From: an uncultured Acidimicrobiia bacterium
GTDB taxonomy: Bacteria; Acidobacteriota; Terriglobia; Versatilivoradales; Versatilivoraceae
Reading direction: 5' to 3'
DNA length: 64,000 nucleotides
Assembly (NCBI GenBank): GCA_963786955.1
Contig: CAWBAT010000008.1
Span: 320,001 to 384,000, forward strand
The notes beneath the pieces are model-generated. The model was not told the origin of the DNA and ran no database searches. It saw only the letters and a list, made by a program, of their open reading frames with translations. Positions 52,295-64,000 of the stretch are shown piece by piece. Position 1 is the first letter of the stretch; each line of letters begins with the position of its first letter. The translations under genes and the position numbers were made by a program.

Positions 52295-53420
52295 ATGGAC
52301 AAACTAAGAAACCCGATTCTAAAGATCCGTTTACGCTTGAGCACGGGCTGGCTTATTTTTTTCCTTTTACTCGTTTCCGCCCTCAGTTCTCAATTTGCCT
52401 CCGAATTCCCACACTGGAGCCGGGTAAGCCACTGGGTTGTTGGAATCTCAGCCAGTTTGCTATTCCTAGGTTCTATTCTTTTGCATGAATTGTCTCACGT
52501 GGGAGTAGCCCGAATCTTGGGGCTGCCCACGCCCAAGCTCTCATTTCTATCTTTCCGCGTGACTTCCCAGTTAATGGTGGATGTCCGCAAGCCTGATCAA
52601 CGAGCTGCTGATCGCTGGAGCCGGTCCGGCCAGCAGTTTTGCTTTAACCGTTTTATTTTATCTGGCCTGGGTCCTGGTAAAAGGCCAGTCTGAAATGATT
52701 GGTGCCTTGACCGAATGGTTCGCTCAAATGAATTTGATTTTGGCATTCTTCAACTTGGTGCCAGGGTTTCCTCTTGACGGGGGCAGGATATTGCGAGCTG
52801 TCTTATGGATGCTCACCGACAACTTCTCTAAAGCGACTCGGATGACTGCGGCAACCGGAAAGGGGGCGGCCGGGTTATTTTTTGCAGGGACAATGGCACT
52901 GGTGTTATTGGAGCAGTTCGTTTTCGCTATTTGGATTGGACTGGTAGGATGGTTTCTGTGGGTTTCGAGTAAGCAGGTGGCTCAGCTAGGCCGGATTCGC
53001 GATTCGCTTGAAGGCTTGACAGCCGGAGATCTGATGGTGCGAGACTGTCCCCGTGTGTCCCCACGGCTTCCTCTGAAGTCCTTTAGTGAACACATCCTGG
53101 CGAATTGGAACAGGATAGCGTGCTCGTCCTCGAAGGGGACCTCCTCCAGGGCATCGTGACCCCTTATGAGATGGGCAAACTTCCGCAGGAGCGATGGGAA
53201 AATTCCTTTGTGGAAGATATTATGATCCCATTGGCTCAATTGCGCTGGGTAGGCCCCGAACACAACATTCTCCGGATCCTTGAAAACATGGATCGCGAAG
53301 AGATTCATCATGTGCCGGTCGTGCGACAGGGAAACCTCCTCGGCGTCTTGGGCAGGCACGAAATTTACGCCCGATTGCGACCCAAGTCCAAGGGACACCC
53401 AATTGAAAATTTGAATCGTC
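52295..53420 (+). CDS. M50-family site-2 protease with CBS domains, frameshifted
   Basis: HELSH, AGAGP, FNLVPGFPLDGGRILRA, CBS pair. End approximate. Confidence 0.85.
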
Positions 53421-53425
53421 TCCTC

Positions 53426-54721
53426 TTGAAACGCCTTTCCTCAATTCTCCTCCTGTTCGTTGTTTCCTTCGCCTTGTCGCCCTTATGGGCCGATGGATAT
53501 GTGGATTATCAGCATCGCCTGAATCCCCACTTCCAAAAGGTAGCCCGCAAAGAAACTCGCTATATTATTGTCCATTCTACCGAGAGTCGATTACCTAGTG
53601 CATTACGGACGCTATCCCGAGGGAAAATCAGACATGGACGCTACATTACCCATGGAGGCCACGCCCATTTTCTGGTGGCAAGAAGCGGAACGGTCTACCG
53701 TATATCTAGATTCCAAGTATTGGGCGAATCATGCCGGCGTGAGCATGTGGGAAGGGTTTGAAGATCTGAGCGACTATTCCGTAGGGATTGAATTGGAGGG
53801 TTATTACAATGTTCCTTTCAGCGAAGAACAATATAAGTCATTGCGTCGGCTGATCAGGCAACTCGAGGAAAAATATCAGATTGATGATCAGCGAGTTCTT
53901 GAGCACTATCGAGTCGCTTATTCCGGACCCAATCGTTACCACAAATCAAATCAACGTGGCCGTAAATTGGACCCTGGCCCCGGGAAATTTCGATCGGCGA
54001 AGAGCCGGATTGAAGGAAATGCCGCAGAAAGATCCAGATGTCATTGCAGGGCGCATTCGAGAAAGCCCAATGTTAATGAAAGCTTCTGGAACGACATATC
54101 CCGTGTGCGAGATGATATTGAGGAGGATGAGGGCTCTGCCGAAGTTTCAGAAGAATTCAAGGTCAGGAAATTGCCCGCGGACAGACAGCCTGGCAAATTG
54201 CCAGATCGCAATACAATGCTCCTACCACGCTTTACAAACTACCCAATGGCACAACTTTGCGCGGAGATCAGGTTGATCACTGGTCCAAATTGGTTCCCGG
54301 AACAGAGGTTCAACTCGGAGTGGCGATGACCCCAGCGGTGACTCAGGGAGAAGAGTCCGCCTCGACCGTTCAGGAGGAAGCAAGGTTTCCGGTCACAAGT
54401 GGGACCAACACGCCATGGAAAATCGCGAATGCCCTCTACCGGTCGTCCTTTACATACTATCTATTTCCCGACGGGCGCATTCGTTCAGGCAATTCGATGA
54501 CCGAGAAATTTCAGGTTCCGAACGGAACTAAAGTGCTTGTAGCTTATCGTGAAATTGGCAGGCCCCGAACCAAGAATCAAAATGGGGAGGACTTGCGGGA
54601 AATCTATTTAGATTCCCACACTCTCTACGTCTCTCCGGACAGGAACATCCAATCGGGGGACCAGGTCGAAGATTTTAGCAAACTTCCCGCGGGCTCGAGG
54701 GTGTTTGCAAAACTGGACTGA
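53426..54721 (+). CDS. Exported N-acetylmuramoyl-L-alanine amidase (Amidase_2), frameshifted
   Basis: Signal peptide, YIIVHSTE, HAHFLV, ANHAGVSMW, SVGIELEG, EHYRVA, KLDPG. Confidence 0.8.
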
Positions 54722-55081
54722 TGCAGGGGCCTCATCTTCACGATTAGAAAGCGTATCCGCTGCGGATCATTTCTGTACCCAGCTTGGCAAAGCTCAAGCG
54801 GTTGGCCGAGTTCCTCTCATCCTTCTAAGATCGACCTTTATTAGATCCGCCGGAAAAGCAAGGACGGATGTCCTTCGCCATCCGTTCATCTAATCTGGCA
54901 TCAATGAAGAATCTGCAAGGAATGTTAGAACTCGAGGCCTGTTGCAGCTAACCCTGCTCCGTTCCTTCTTCCCCGACTCCCTGGAAATTATGTTATAGTT
55001 CAAATTTTCACAAGGCGGTTGAGAGGTGCATAGGCCCCCTTCGAATCGACTGAGTTCCATCTTAAATGAAAGGCATACTTT

Positions 55082-56230
55082 ATGTATAAAGAACGACTGT
55101 TCACGCCCGGTCCTACCCAGTTGCTGCCGGCGGTTCAAACAGCAATGGCACAGCCGATCGTGCACCACCGCACCGAAGAATTCAGAAATATATTCAAAGA
55201 AGTTCTAGATGGTCTGAAGTATATCTATAACACGCAAAATGATGTGATCTGTTTTGCGGCATCCGGGACTGGAGCAATGGAAGGGGCTGTCGTTAACCTG
55301 TTGAATCCCGGGGACAAGGCCATAGTGGTGAGCGCGGGGAAATTTGGTGAACGGTGGACCGCTTTGTGCAGAGCATTTGATATTGATGCCCGCGTCATAT
55401 CGATACCCTATGGGGAGGCTGTTGACCCCGAGCAAGTGGGTGCGATGTTAAAGCAACATCCGGACTGCCGGGCAGTTTTTGTCCAATATTCTGAAAGCTC
55501 CACCGGAGCCCGCCACGATGTGAAGGCATTGGGCAAGATCGTGCATGACTCCCCCAATGCGGTGCTGGTTGTGGATGCGATCACCGGTTTGGGAGTCATG
55601 GAAATGCCCGTGGACGAATGGCATCTAGACGTGGTAGTCGGGGGATCGCAGAAAGCCCTGATGCTTCCGCCGGGATTAGCTTTCGCCAGCGTGAGCGAAA
55701 AAGCGTGGGCGCGGATTGAGAGCACGAAGTCAAAGAAGTATTACTTTGACTATGCCAAGGAGCGGAAAAACAATCTCAAGGGAGAGTCTTCCTATACGCC
55801 AGCCATAACTCTCATCATGGCGGCGAGAGAAGCCATCAAACATGTCCGCTGTGTTGGACGCGATAATCTGATTCGAAATGCGGGGCTCCTGGCCTCGGCC
55901 ACCCGTTCAGCCGCAAAGGCCCTCGGATTGAAGCTGTTTGCCGAAAGGTCACCAAGTGATGCGCTGACAGCAATCTGCTCCCCCGAAGGGATGGATTCAG
56001 GAACCATTATTAAGGAATTTAAGAAGAATTTTGGCGCAACAGTTGCGAATGGCCAAGGTGAGATGAAGGGCCAGCTCTTTCGAATTGCCCACCTGGGGTA
56101 CTACGATTTTATCGACACTGTGGCGGTCATTGCCTGTCTGGAGATCATTCTGAAAAAAATCGGTTTCCCCGTTGCCTTGGGAACGGGGGTCAAAGCTGCA
56201 CAGGAAGTCTACCTAAGAGATCAGTCCTAA
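55082..56230 (+). CDS. Class V aminotransferase (alanine-glyoxylate / serine-pyruvate type)
   Basis: FTPGPT, SGTGAME, VVDAIT, PLP lysine in GSQKALMLPPG, FRIAHLG; paired with serA. Confidence 0.92.
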   Translation: MYKERLFTPGPTQLLPAVQTAMAQPIVHHRTEEFRNIFKEVLDGLKYIYNTQNDVICFAASGTGAMEGAVVNLLNPGDKAIVVSAGKFGERWTALCRAFDIDARVISIPYGEAVDPEQVGAMLKQHPDCRAVFVQYSESSTGARHDVKALGKIVHDSPNAVLVVDAITGLGVMEMPVDEWHLDVVVGGSQKALMLPPGLAFASVSEKAWARIESTKSKKYYFDYAKERKNNLKGESSYTPAITLIMAAREAIKHVRCVGRDNLIRNAGLLASATRSAAKALGLKLFAERSPSDALTAICSPEGMDSGTIIKEFKKNFGATVANGQGEMKGQLFRIAHLGYYDFIDTVAVIACLEIILKKIGFPVALGTGVKAAQEVYLRDQS

Positions 56231-56253
56231 ATTAAGAAATATATTGTGGTGAC

Positions 56254-57837
56254 ATGAAAATACTCATTAGCGACAAGCTTTCAGCGCGGGGCATTGATTT
56301 GCTCAAACAGCAGGCTCAATGGCAGGTAGATGTCAAGACAGGTCTCACACCAGACCAACTTTTACAGGAGATTGGCCAGTACGATGCGCTTTTGGTGCGC
56401 AGCAATACAAAGGTCACGGCGAAATTAATCCAAGCCGCCGACAAGATGAAAGTGATCGGACGTGCAGGAACAGGGGTGGATAACATTAATTTGGAGTCTG
56501 CCACGAATCGGGGAATTGTCGTTATGAATACCCCGGGAGGGAATAGCATCAGTGTGGCGGAGCTTGCAGTTGGGCTCATGCTCGCCATAGCGCGTCACGT
56601 CGGTCCGGCCAGCACCTCGACGAAGCTCGGGAAATGGGACAAGAAGAGTTATGCCGGGTTCGAGTTAAAAGACAAAACACTTGGGATCGTCGGATTCGGA
56701 AAAATTGGGATGGAGGTGGCTAAACGCGCCAAATCCTTTCAGATGAATCTGCTGGTCTACGACCCTTACGTGTCAGACCGGCTCGCTCAGGATTTGAACG
56801 TCCAGTTGGTGCCGTTAGAACAACTCCTTAGTCATTCCGATATCATCACCCTTCATGTGCCATCCCTGGATTCTACTCGAAATATGATTAATGGGCAGTC
56901 TATTGAGCGCATGAAGAAAGGGGTTTACCTGATTAATACCGCCCGAGGTGATCTCATCAGCGAAACCGATCTGCTGGCTGGCCTGGAAAGCGGCAAAATT
57001 GCGGGGGCGGCGCTTGACGTGTTCTCCGTGGAACCCCCCAATCCCGATCACCCGCTAGTGCGGCATCCACGGGTCATTGCGACTCCCCATATTGCTGCCT
57101 CGACCGCGGAAGCTCAAGAGGTAGTGGGCGTTGAAATTGCCCAACAAGTGCGTGATTTTCTGAAGGATGGCATCATCCGGAATGCAGTCAATTTTCCTTC
57201 GGTTTCTTTCGATGAGTACAAGAAGATCGGACCTTTCTTGCAGCTGGGGGAAAAATTGGGTTCATTCCTCTCTCAGATTTGTGAAGGACGCATGAATGAG
57301 GTGGGGATTCGGTATTATGGGGAGGCGAGTGACATCAGCAATCAATTGATTGCCAATTCCATCGTCCTGGGCATCTTGCAACCGATCTTGGGTGAAAGCG
57401 TCAACCTTGTCAATGCTCGCAAGATTCTCGACGATCGAGGGATTGTATTGATCGAATCTCGTAGTCCCCGCGTACGCAGTTACTCCAACTTGATCTCCTT
57501 GAGACTCAAAACAGATGTGCGCGAGGAATGGATTGAAGGAACCGTTCTTTCGCAGGGCAACATTCGTTTGGTTTCCCTTGATGGCATTGACATTGAGGCA
57601 CCATTGCATGGAACGATGCTTCATATCCGAAACAATGATACGCCCGGAGTGATCGGCCAAGTCGGAACCTTGTTGGGAAATAATCAAATTAATATTGCCA
57701 ACTTTGCGTTAGGGCGAGGGGAAAACCACCACGCGGTCGGTGTGGTGAATGTCGATAGCCCGATTACCGAAGCTCTCCTGACTCAGATCCGTGCCTGCTC
57801 TAGTATTCAGTATGCGCGAGTCGTTCAGCTGAAATGA
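56254..57837 (+). CDS. serA: D-3-phosphoglycerate dehydrogenase (long form with ACT)
   Basis: GRAGTGVDN, GFGKIG, INTARG, ALDVF, TPHIAAST, NNDTPGVIG. Confidence 0.96.
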   Translation: MKILISDKLSARGIDLLKQQAQWQVDVKTGLTPDQLLQEIGQYDALLVRSNTKVTAKLIQAADKMKVIGRAGTGVDNINLESATNRGIVVMNTPGGNSISVAELAVGLMLAIARHVGPASTSTKLGKWDKKSYAGFELKDKTLGIVGFGKIGMEVAKRAKSFQMNLLVYDPYVSDRLAQDLNVQLVPLEQLLSHSDIITLHVPSLDSTRNMINGQSIERMKKGVYLINTARGDLISETDLLAGLESGKIAGAALDVFSVEPPNPDHPLVRHPRVIATPHIAASTAEAQEVVGVEIAQQVRDFLKDGIIRNAVNFPSVSFDEYKKIGPFLQLGEKLGSFLSQICEGRMNEVGIRYYGEASDISNQLIANSIVLGILQPILGESVNLVNARKILDDRGIVLIESRSPRVRSYSNLISLRLKTDVREEWIEGTVLSQGNIRLVSLDGIDIEAPLHGTMLHIRNNDTPGVIGQVGTLLGNNQINIANFALGRGENHHAVGVVNVDSPITEALLTQIRACSSIQYARVVQLK

Positions 57838-58192
57838 AAGCTGCAGAATTGAGTAAACATTGACGCACGGATTACACAAATAGCGGTCTCCACAAGCCAA
57901 TCACCCATAACCCGTCCGCAATAAGTGCACGAGGCTTCACCTGACGGATGCCTGGCGCCTCTCTTTGTTACATCGTTCCTGTCTTCCAGCGTTCCCCGCG
58001 TTGCCAAGGAGCTCTGAATTCAAATGGTTCCGCTACTCTACTGTTTCTGTCTTCCCCCGGTGGTGAGAAATCCGGGCTAACTCCTCCAGCTAACTCCAAT
58101 TGAGACAAGTCCCTCTAAGGAAGGGAATTCAAACCATCCGCGTTTGAAGCGGGTGGCATGAATCTCCCGGGAGGAAATTTCCCGTAAACCTC

Positions 58193-58221
58193 TTGAAATA
58201 GGGGAGGGGGGTATATATACT
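58193..58221 (+). promoter_or_regulatory. Sigma70 promoter with candidate CsoR operator
   Basis: TTGAAA-17 bp-TATACT with ATAGGGGAGGGGGGTAT across the spacer, upstream of copA-csoR. Confidence 0.75.
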
Positions 58222-58294
58222 GTATGGGAGAAGGGGTCGGTGTGGATTGCAACGGAATTGTTGGATAAAATGAAAAAGTACAATTCCCAAGTTG

Positions 58295-60668
58295 ATGGAT
58301 AAGACGACAAAAGTTCCGGAAAAACTCAGTATTGCCGTGAGTGGAATGACTTGCTCGGCCTGCCAGGCTCACGTTCAGCACGCGCTTGAGCAACAGCCAG
58401 GGGTGATCGATGCTTCTGTGAATTTGATGATGCAACAGGCAGCCGTCACGTTTGATCCGGAAGTGACCTCGCCGGAGTTGCTGGTTGGGGCCATTCAAGC
58501 TTCCGGCTATGGTGCGGAGCTCCCTGTGCTTGGCCGGAGCGCGATTGAAGAGCAAGAGGCTCTCGAAAAAAAACAGGAAGATGAGTTTGTCGAGCTGCGC
58601 CGAAAATCGGTGACTAGTGTCATCGCCGGAGTCATCGCCATGTTGGTTTCAACGCCTCTGATGACTCGAACGGAGCAAGCGCAACATCTCAGGGACCCTG
58701 CTCATGGCATGGGTTTCCACCATTTTTTCTCCTTGGCTCCAAAGAGGCTTTCCCTGGCTCTACGTCATTGACCTCACCATTCTTTCGTATTTTCTACTGG
58801 CTTTAACTACAGGCGTCCTGCTCTGGGCGGGTCGTCGATTTTACACCAGAGCCTGGGCAGCCGTTCGAGCCCGGAATGCTGACATGAACGTTCTGGTGGC
58901 ACTGGGGACGGGAGCTGCCTTTCTTTTCTCCGCGGCCGCCACTCTTGTTCCGCAGTTCTTTCTCTCTCACGGCATAGCGCCGGATCTTTATTATGAAGCG
59001 GTGATTCTAATCATTGCTCTGGTCCTTGTTGGAAATACCTTGGAGGCGCGAGCGAAGCGGCAAACCTCGGCGGCCCTTCGAAAATTGGCGGCCCTCCGCC
59101 CGGATACGGCCAGAGTTCTTCGGAACGGCGAGACAGAGGAGGTTCCGGTAGAACAAGTTCTGGCAGGGGATATCGTGTTGGTTCATCCGGGCGAGAGGAT
59201 TCCCGTGGACGGATGCGTCGTTTCCGGGGGAAGCAGCGTGAATGAGTCCATGCTGACCGGAGAATCCCTGCCGGTGGAGAAAAGAACCGGAGACCCGGTG
59301 ATTGGCGGTACCGTGAACCTGCAGGGTGCTTTCCGCTATCAGGTCACCCGGCTGGGTGAAGCGAGCGTTTTGGCACAAATTGTCCGATTGACGAGAGAGG
59401 CTCAAGGATCCCGGGCACCCGTCCAGCGTCTAGCTGACCGTGTCAGTCGCGTGTTCGTGCCGGTGGTCCTTTTCATGGCTGTTCTAGTTTTTGTCCTATG
59501 GTCTCTTGCCGGCGGGAGTGGATGCCCTGGCCAAAGCATTGACAGCGGCCGTTTCGGTTCTCATTATTGCTTGCCCGTGCGCCATGGGATTGGCCGTGCC
59601 CACAGCACTGATGGTGGCTGCCGGTAAGGCGGCTGAAGTTGGGATTCTCTTTAAAGGCGGGGAGGCGCTCCAACGCGCCCAGAATGTTGACACCATTGTT
59701 CTGGATAAGACTGGGACAGTGACAGAAGGAAAGGTTCAGATTACGGACGTCATCCTTGCTCCACGAAGTCAGGAAGCCGGGCCCGCTCTGACGGAGTCTG
59801 GTTTGTTGGTTCTCGCCGGGTCGATCGAGAACCACTCCGAACATCCCTTGGCGAGCGCGATTGTCGATTATGCCAGGAATCGAGGGTTATCGAACTTACC
59901 GAACCGGAACAGTTCAGAGCGATTCCAGGGATGGGAGCCGAAGGGAAAGTGTCAGGAGATTGGGTAGCCATTGGAAATCTCAGTTTGATGAGGTCCTTGG
60001 GGATCAACCTGGATTCCCTAAGAAAAGAAGTCAGGAGCCTTTCGGGGGCAGGGAAAACCACTGTCCTTATCGCTGTGAATGGGCGACTGGTGGGTGCAAT
60101 TGCAGCTGCAGACCGCCTCAAAACGAGTGCCCAGGAAGCTGTCGCCCAACTCCGGCACCTGGGACTGAAAGTGGTTTTGCTCACAGGCGACAACTTAGCG
60201 ACTGCCACGGCGATTGCCGGCCAGTTGGGGATCCCAGATTTTGTGGCTGAGGTATTGCCGGATGGCAAAGTGGATGAGATCAAGCGGTTACAGCGATCGG
60301 GGAAAGTGGTTGCGATGGTAGGGGATGGAATTAACGATGCTCCAGCTCTCGCCCAGTCTGATGTGGGCATCGCCATTGGAACGGGAACGGATATTGCTCT
60401 TGAGGCCAGTGATATCACCTTGCTCCGGGACAATCTCAATGGGGTCGCCACTTCCATCCGGCTTTCACGGCAAACCATGCGCGTCATGAAACAAAATCTC
60501 TTCTGGGCCTTTTTCTATAATGTGGTTGCCATTCCCGTCGCCGCTGGCGCGCTTTATCCGCCCTTTGGAATTTTTCTGAGTCCCGTCTGGGCCAGCGCGG
60601 CGATGGCTTTTAGCTCCTTTAGCGTGGTGATGAACAGTTTGCGTCTGAGAAGATTTCGCTCGGATTAG
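58295..60668 (+). CDS. copA: Cu(I)-translocating P1B-type ATPase, several frameshifts
   Basis: [40 protein letters not shown]. Confidence 0.95.
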
Positions 60669-60737
60669 TCTCAAGGTAATTGGATTTCTGGAAAAGCAGC
60701 CGTTTCGCCTGCTTCCAGTGAAGACGAGAAATGGAAA

Positions 60738-61103
60738 ATGAATGATCGGAAGAATTCGCTGAGGATGGCGGCTTGCGGCTGCGATGCCCAATCCAAGGAA
60801 AAAACTCAACGCAAAGCCTCGGCTGTTGATCCCGAGCTAAAGGCCACTAACATCAAAAGGCTGCGGCGGGTTGAAGGACAGATTCGCGGGCTTCAAAAAA
60901 TGGTTCAGCAGGACCGCTATTGTACGGATATCTTAATTCAGATCTCTTCTGTCCAGGAGGCGCTGCGCGGCGTCTCAAGAAATCTCATGCGCAATCATCT
61001 GCGTCATTGCGCCTCGCATGCCATACGTTCAGGCGGTCCCACAGATGGTGAAAAAGTCTACGAGGAGATCCTTGACTTGATGGACAAGCATACCCGATTG
61101 TAA
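60738..61103 (+). CDS. csoR: Copper-sensing repressor CsoR/RcnR family
   Basis: RLRRVEGQIRGL, RYCTDIL, HLRHC. Confidence 0.92.
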   Translation: MNDRKNSLRMAACGCDAQSKEKTQRKASAVDPELKATNIKRLRRVEGQIRGLQKMVQQDRYCTDILIQISSVQEALRGVSRNLMRNHLRHCASHAIRSGGPTDGEKVYEEILDLMDKHTRL

Positions 61104-61337
61104 GGGATGGGCGCCAATGCAGAGGGCGGATCTTCAGTCAAATCATCGCCGGCATGTGGATCGGCTGCAGCGGTGAGGACAGAACCCCAATCGGGATTCG
61201 GTGTTCGCGAATCAAAATATGGGATTCACACGGACTTGGTCCGAATACGCTCTATTCTCCTTTTGGGGAATCCTCTTCCTGACTTCAGGATGGCTGACGG
61301 TCACGCTTTTCATTGGAAGTTTAGGAAAGCGTCTAGT

Positions 61338-64000
61338 GTGCTGATCGGCTCGTCAAGAATACCCCGCCGAGTAAAGAGAGAAGAGTCGGCTTTTTCAATC
61401 GATCACGGCGAGTTCACCTTCTTTGAGTGGGTTCTGCTGTGTGTGCTCGTTGGGCTCACGGTGACATCTTTCATCTTAATGCTGACCGCCGAATTGGGAA
61501 TCTTCCGGATTCGGTTCTGGATTCTTTCTTTAATCGTTTATGACCTGAGCCTGCTGGTCCTGCTCCTCGGTTCCAAAAAGCCTTTTCGATTTTCCACATT
61601 ATTATCAGGTTTTAAGATTCCATGGGTCAGACATACTGGCTTTCGTTTGCGCTATTCTGACTTTTTTTATTTTGAATCGGCCTGCTGAATATGTCCTGAC
61701 GAATCGTGATCCCGGAGAGTATGTCAGTGTTGCCCTCCAGACTTGCGGACAGTGGATCTTTAAGAATCAAAGATGCTGATTTTATTCACTTCAATACTCC
61801 CGAGAAGGAAGCCTCTTCCTCAAGACTCCTCTCCAGGATGCTCCCCATCCTGAAGTATTGCCTGGTTTCTATCTGGTCGATCCCCTAAACGGATTTCTTC
61901 TACCTCAATATTTTCACCTGTTTCCACTGTGGCTGGCACTGGCCTTCAAACTTTGGAGATTCGAGGGACTGTTTCCTATTTAATGTCATTTGCGGCGCCC
62001 TGGGAGTTTTACTCATGATCCCGCTAGGGCGCTGGCTGCTGAATTCGCGAACGACTGGATTTGCTGCAAGCCTGTTGTTGATGGTGAACGCAGGACAGAT
62101 CTGGATGAGTCGCAGTCCTTTCAGCGAGATCCTGGCACAAGTCCTGCTCCTGGGCGGGCTCTGGTTATCTGGCGGTCGGGATGAAGAGATATTTCAGAGG
62201 CGCATTCTTTTTGGCAGCGCTCATGTTCGGACTGTGTTTTTTTGTGAGGATTGATTCGCTGCTTCTTCTTGTGGCCATCGCCATTCTTGGAGGGAGATGG
62301 GTTCTGACAAGTCGTGGGCTGCAGACAAGGAAGGAAATGACAGGGACTGGACGCTGCACCCTTTTTTATTGTGGTCGCGGGTTGCGCATTCTATTCCTTC
62401 TTGCACACTTCTCTCTTTGCCTATCCTTATTTCAGCAATGTTCTTTCAACTTTCCGCAAATCTCCCCTCGTCTTAATCATCACGGGAATTTTCATCGGGG
62501 CAGCGAGTTGTACTCGGCGGAGCGGGATGGAGATTTCTCAGGGCGAATCCAGAGGACGGATTGGATTCGGACAAACCGGACATTCTATTAAACGGATTAG
62601 GGTGGTTCTCCTGCTCGGAGTTTTTGCTTATGGTTTGTTTATTCGTCCTTTCTTGCCTTCCTCCCGAGAGATGTTGACCTGCCTCCGCCTTATGAAGGCA
62701 AGATTTCGCTTTACAACGAAATCAATTTGGTTCGACTCAGTTGGTATCTCACCCCACTAGGGTTGGGGTTGGCCCTTCTCGGTGCCCTGGTCGTTGTGAA
62801 CGATCTCTTCGAAAAGAAGAACGCAATTCTCATCCCGTTTATCCTTGTATTTGCCGTTTTCTCCGGTTTCTATTTGTACAAATCCCGCGCGTTCCCTGAC
62901 AATTACTGGGTCATTCGCCGATATATTGAAATTGTCATTCCTGGATGTTTGTTGCTGACAGTGGTTTTTTTGTCCTGGCTATACTCAATTCTGAAGAAGA
63001 AATATTCAACGTGCGGGGACTTCGGCCGTTTGTCTCCTGCTTTTCCTTTTGGTTTGGGTGGGCGAATTTAGAGCGGTGCCAAACCTCTGGCGTCAAACTG
63101 AGCTCGGGTGGGACAATTCGAGAATTTGGGGAAATTGGCTGGGATGCTTAAGGAAGCGGATATTGTTATTCTGGAATACAGCCGCTCTCAAGATACCTTT
63201 TCCGGACCTTTGAAATCTGTTTTCCATAAGTCGGTGTACGCCTTGGCCACCTTTGTGCCGGATCCGAGACGCTTTTGATGAATTGATGGATCAATGGCTC
63301 CGAGCAAGGGAAGAGAGTTTTCATCCTGGCCACTGAGGAGCAGACCCAGCTTCAGAGCTTCCAGATATCCATTTCAAATTGAAAGACCGTTTTTCTTCTT
63401 CGAACTTCACGGATTGAACAGACCTACGAGCGACTCCCGCGTTCCCTGGAAACGGTTTCATTATTTGCTACGATTTACGAGGTGGAGTGGAGCCCGCACA
63501 AAGATAGCTTGAGAAGGTCACATTTGATATGGACTTTCACTTCGGGGCCAGAAATACGGTTTTAATAGTGCTGAGTCTGCTGGAGAAGGAGAGTCCATTC
63601 GCTGGAGTTCAGCCCATTCGACGATCGAATTGCCCGCGATTGATCCAGAGGGCGAAACAATCTTTCTCATGACGCGCGCCAGGAATTTCGAGACGGACGA
63701 TCGGCTCAGCCGGTCGAAATCCATCTGAATGAAATGCTTCTCGGGAAATTGCGAAATTGTCATCGGAACCGAAGGTTTATCGTTTTAATATTCCGCAGGG
63801 ACTTGTAACCAAAGGAAAAGGGAAACCAGGTGAGATTCCGTTCCATTCGTTTTCTCCTGCTGCCTGGGGAATCAGCTCGGACCGACATCATTTTGGATTT
63901 ATCCTTGACTATTTCAAATTGGGTTCTTTGGCGCCAACTGAGCCGGACAGCCTCTTTTCCGTTGATCTCGGAACAGCGTCAGATGTTCAACAATGCATCT
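61338..64000 (+). CDS. Multi-pass membrane protein, probable GT-C fold glycosyltransferase, heavily frameshifted and running to the window edge
   Basis: RDPGEY, PGFY, PQYFHLFPLWLA, RSPFSEILAQ, VRID, YWVIRRY across consecutive hydrophobic ORFs. Confidence 0.6.

Noticed and set aside
53105-53761. CBS-amidase fusion protein
   Set aside because: An internal signal peptide starts at 53426, so two genes joined by a lost stop or indel is more likely.
57825-58007. Small CxxC protein on the minus strand
   Set aside because: Single CTYC, weak start, overlaps the serA end; not enough support.
516-64000. Frameshifts in many genes as programmed frameshifting or mass pseudogenisation
   Set aside because: They hit core genes (sdhB, kdsD, ino1, glgB) at scattered sites, often near short homopolymers, while the proteins stay conserved. 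Long-read indel error is the simpler explanation.

Overview
A 64-kb bacterial chromosomal segment. Gene content suggests Acidobacteriota, but that is inference. Many genes are split by single-base frameshifts typical of an uncorrected long-read assembly. Housekeeping content: tRNA-Leu(CAA), fabH, dGTPase-like HD protein, two APC amino-acid permeases, lactonase, kdsD, sdhCAB, ino1, a DUF4912-glgB-GH57 glycogen cluster, PNP-udk, NUDIX, nth, aminotransferase-serA, copA-csoR. Two accessory loci stand out. (1) A secreted lysyl-oxidase-like enzyme with intact Cu-His and LTQ Lys/Tyr residues, preceded by a structured leader and a secreted protein with a Cys/Pro/Lys tail, and followed by a dead second LOX fragment. 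(2) A DtxR/MntR-linked run of porin, stand-alone CuA cupredoxin, di-heme oxidoreductase, Cys/His-rich PP-tailed small protein and czcCBA. Intergenic DNA is crowded with nested small mobile elements: an IS200 copy, a RAYT gene with flanking and internal REPs, several REP families, MITE-like elements that carry or target REPs, a 130-bp tandem REP array, and heptamer/nonamer repeat cassettes with or without four-helix-bundle or GxxExxY genes. No database searches were run; family calls come from motifs read in the translations.
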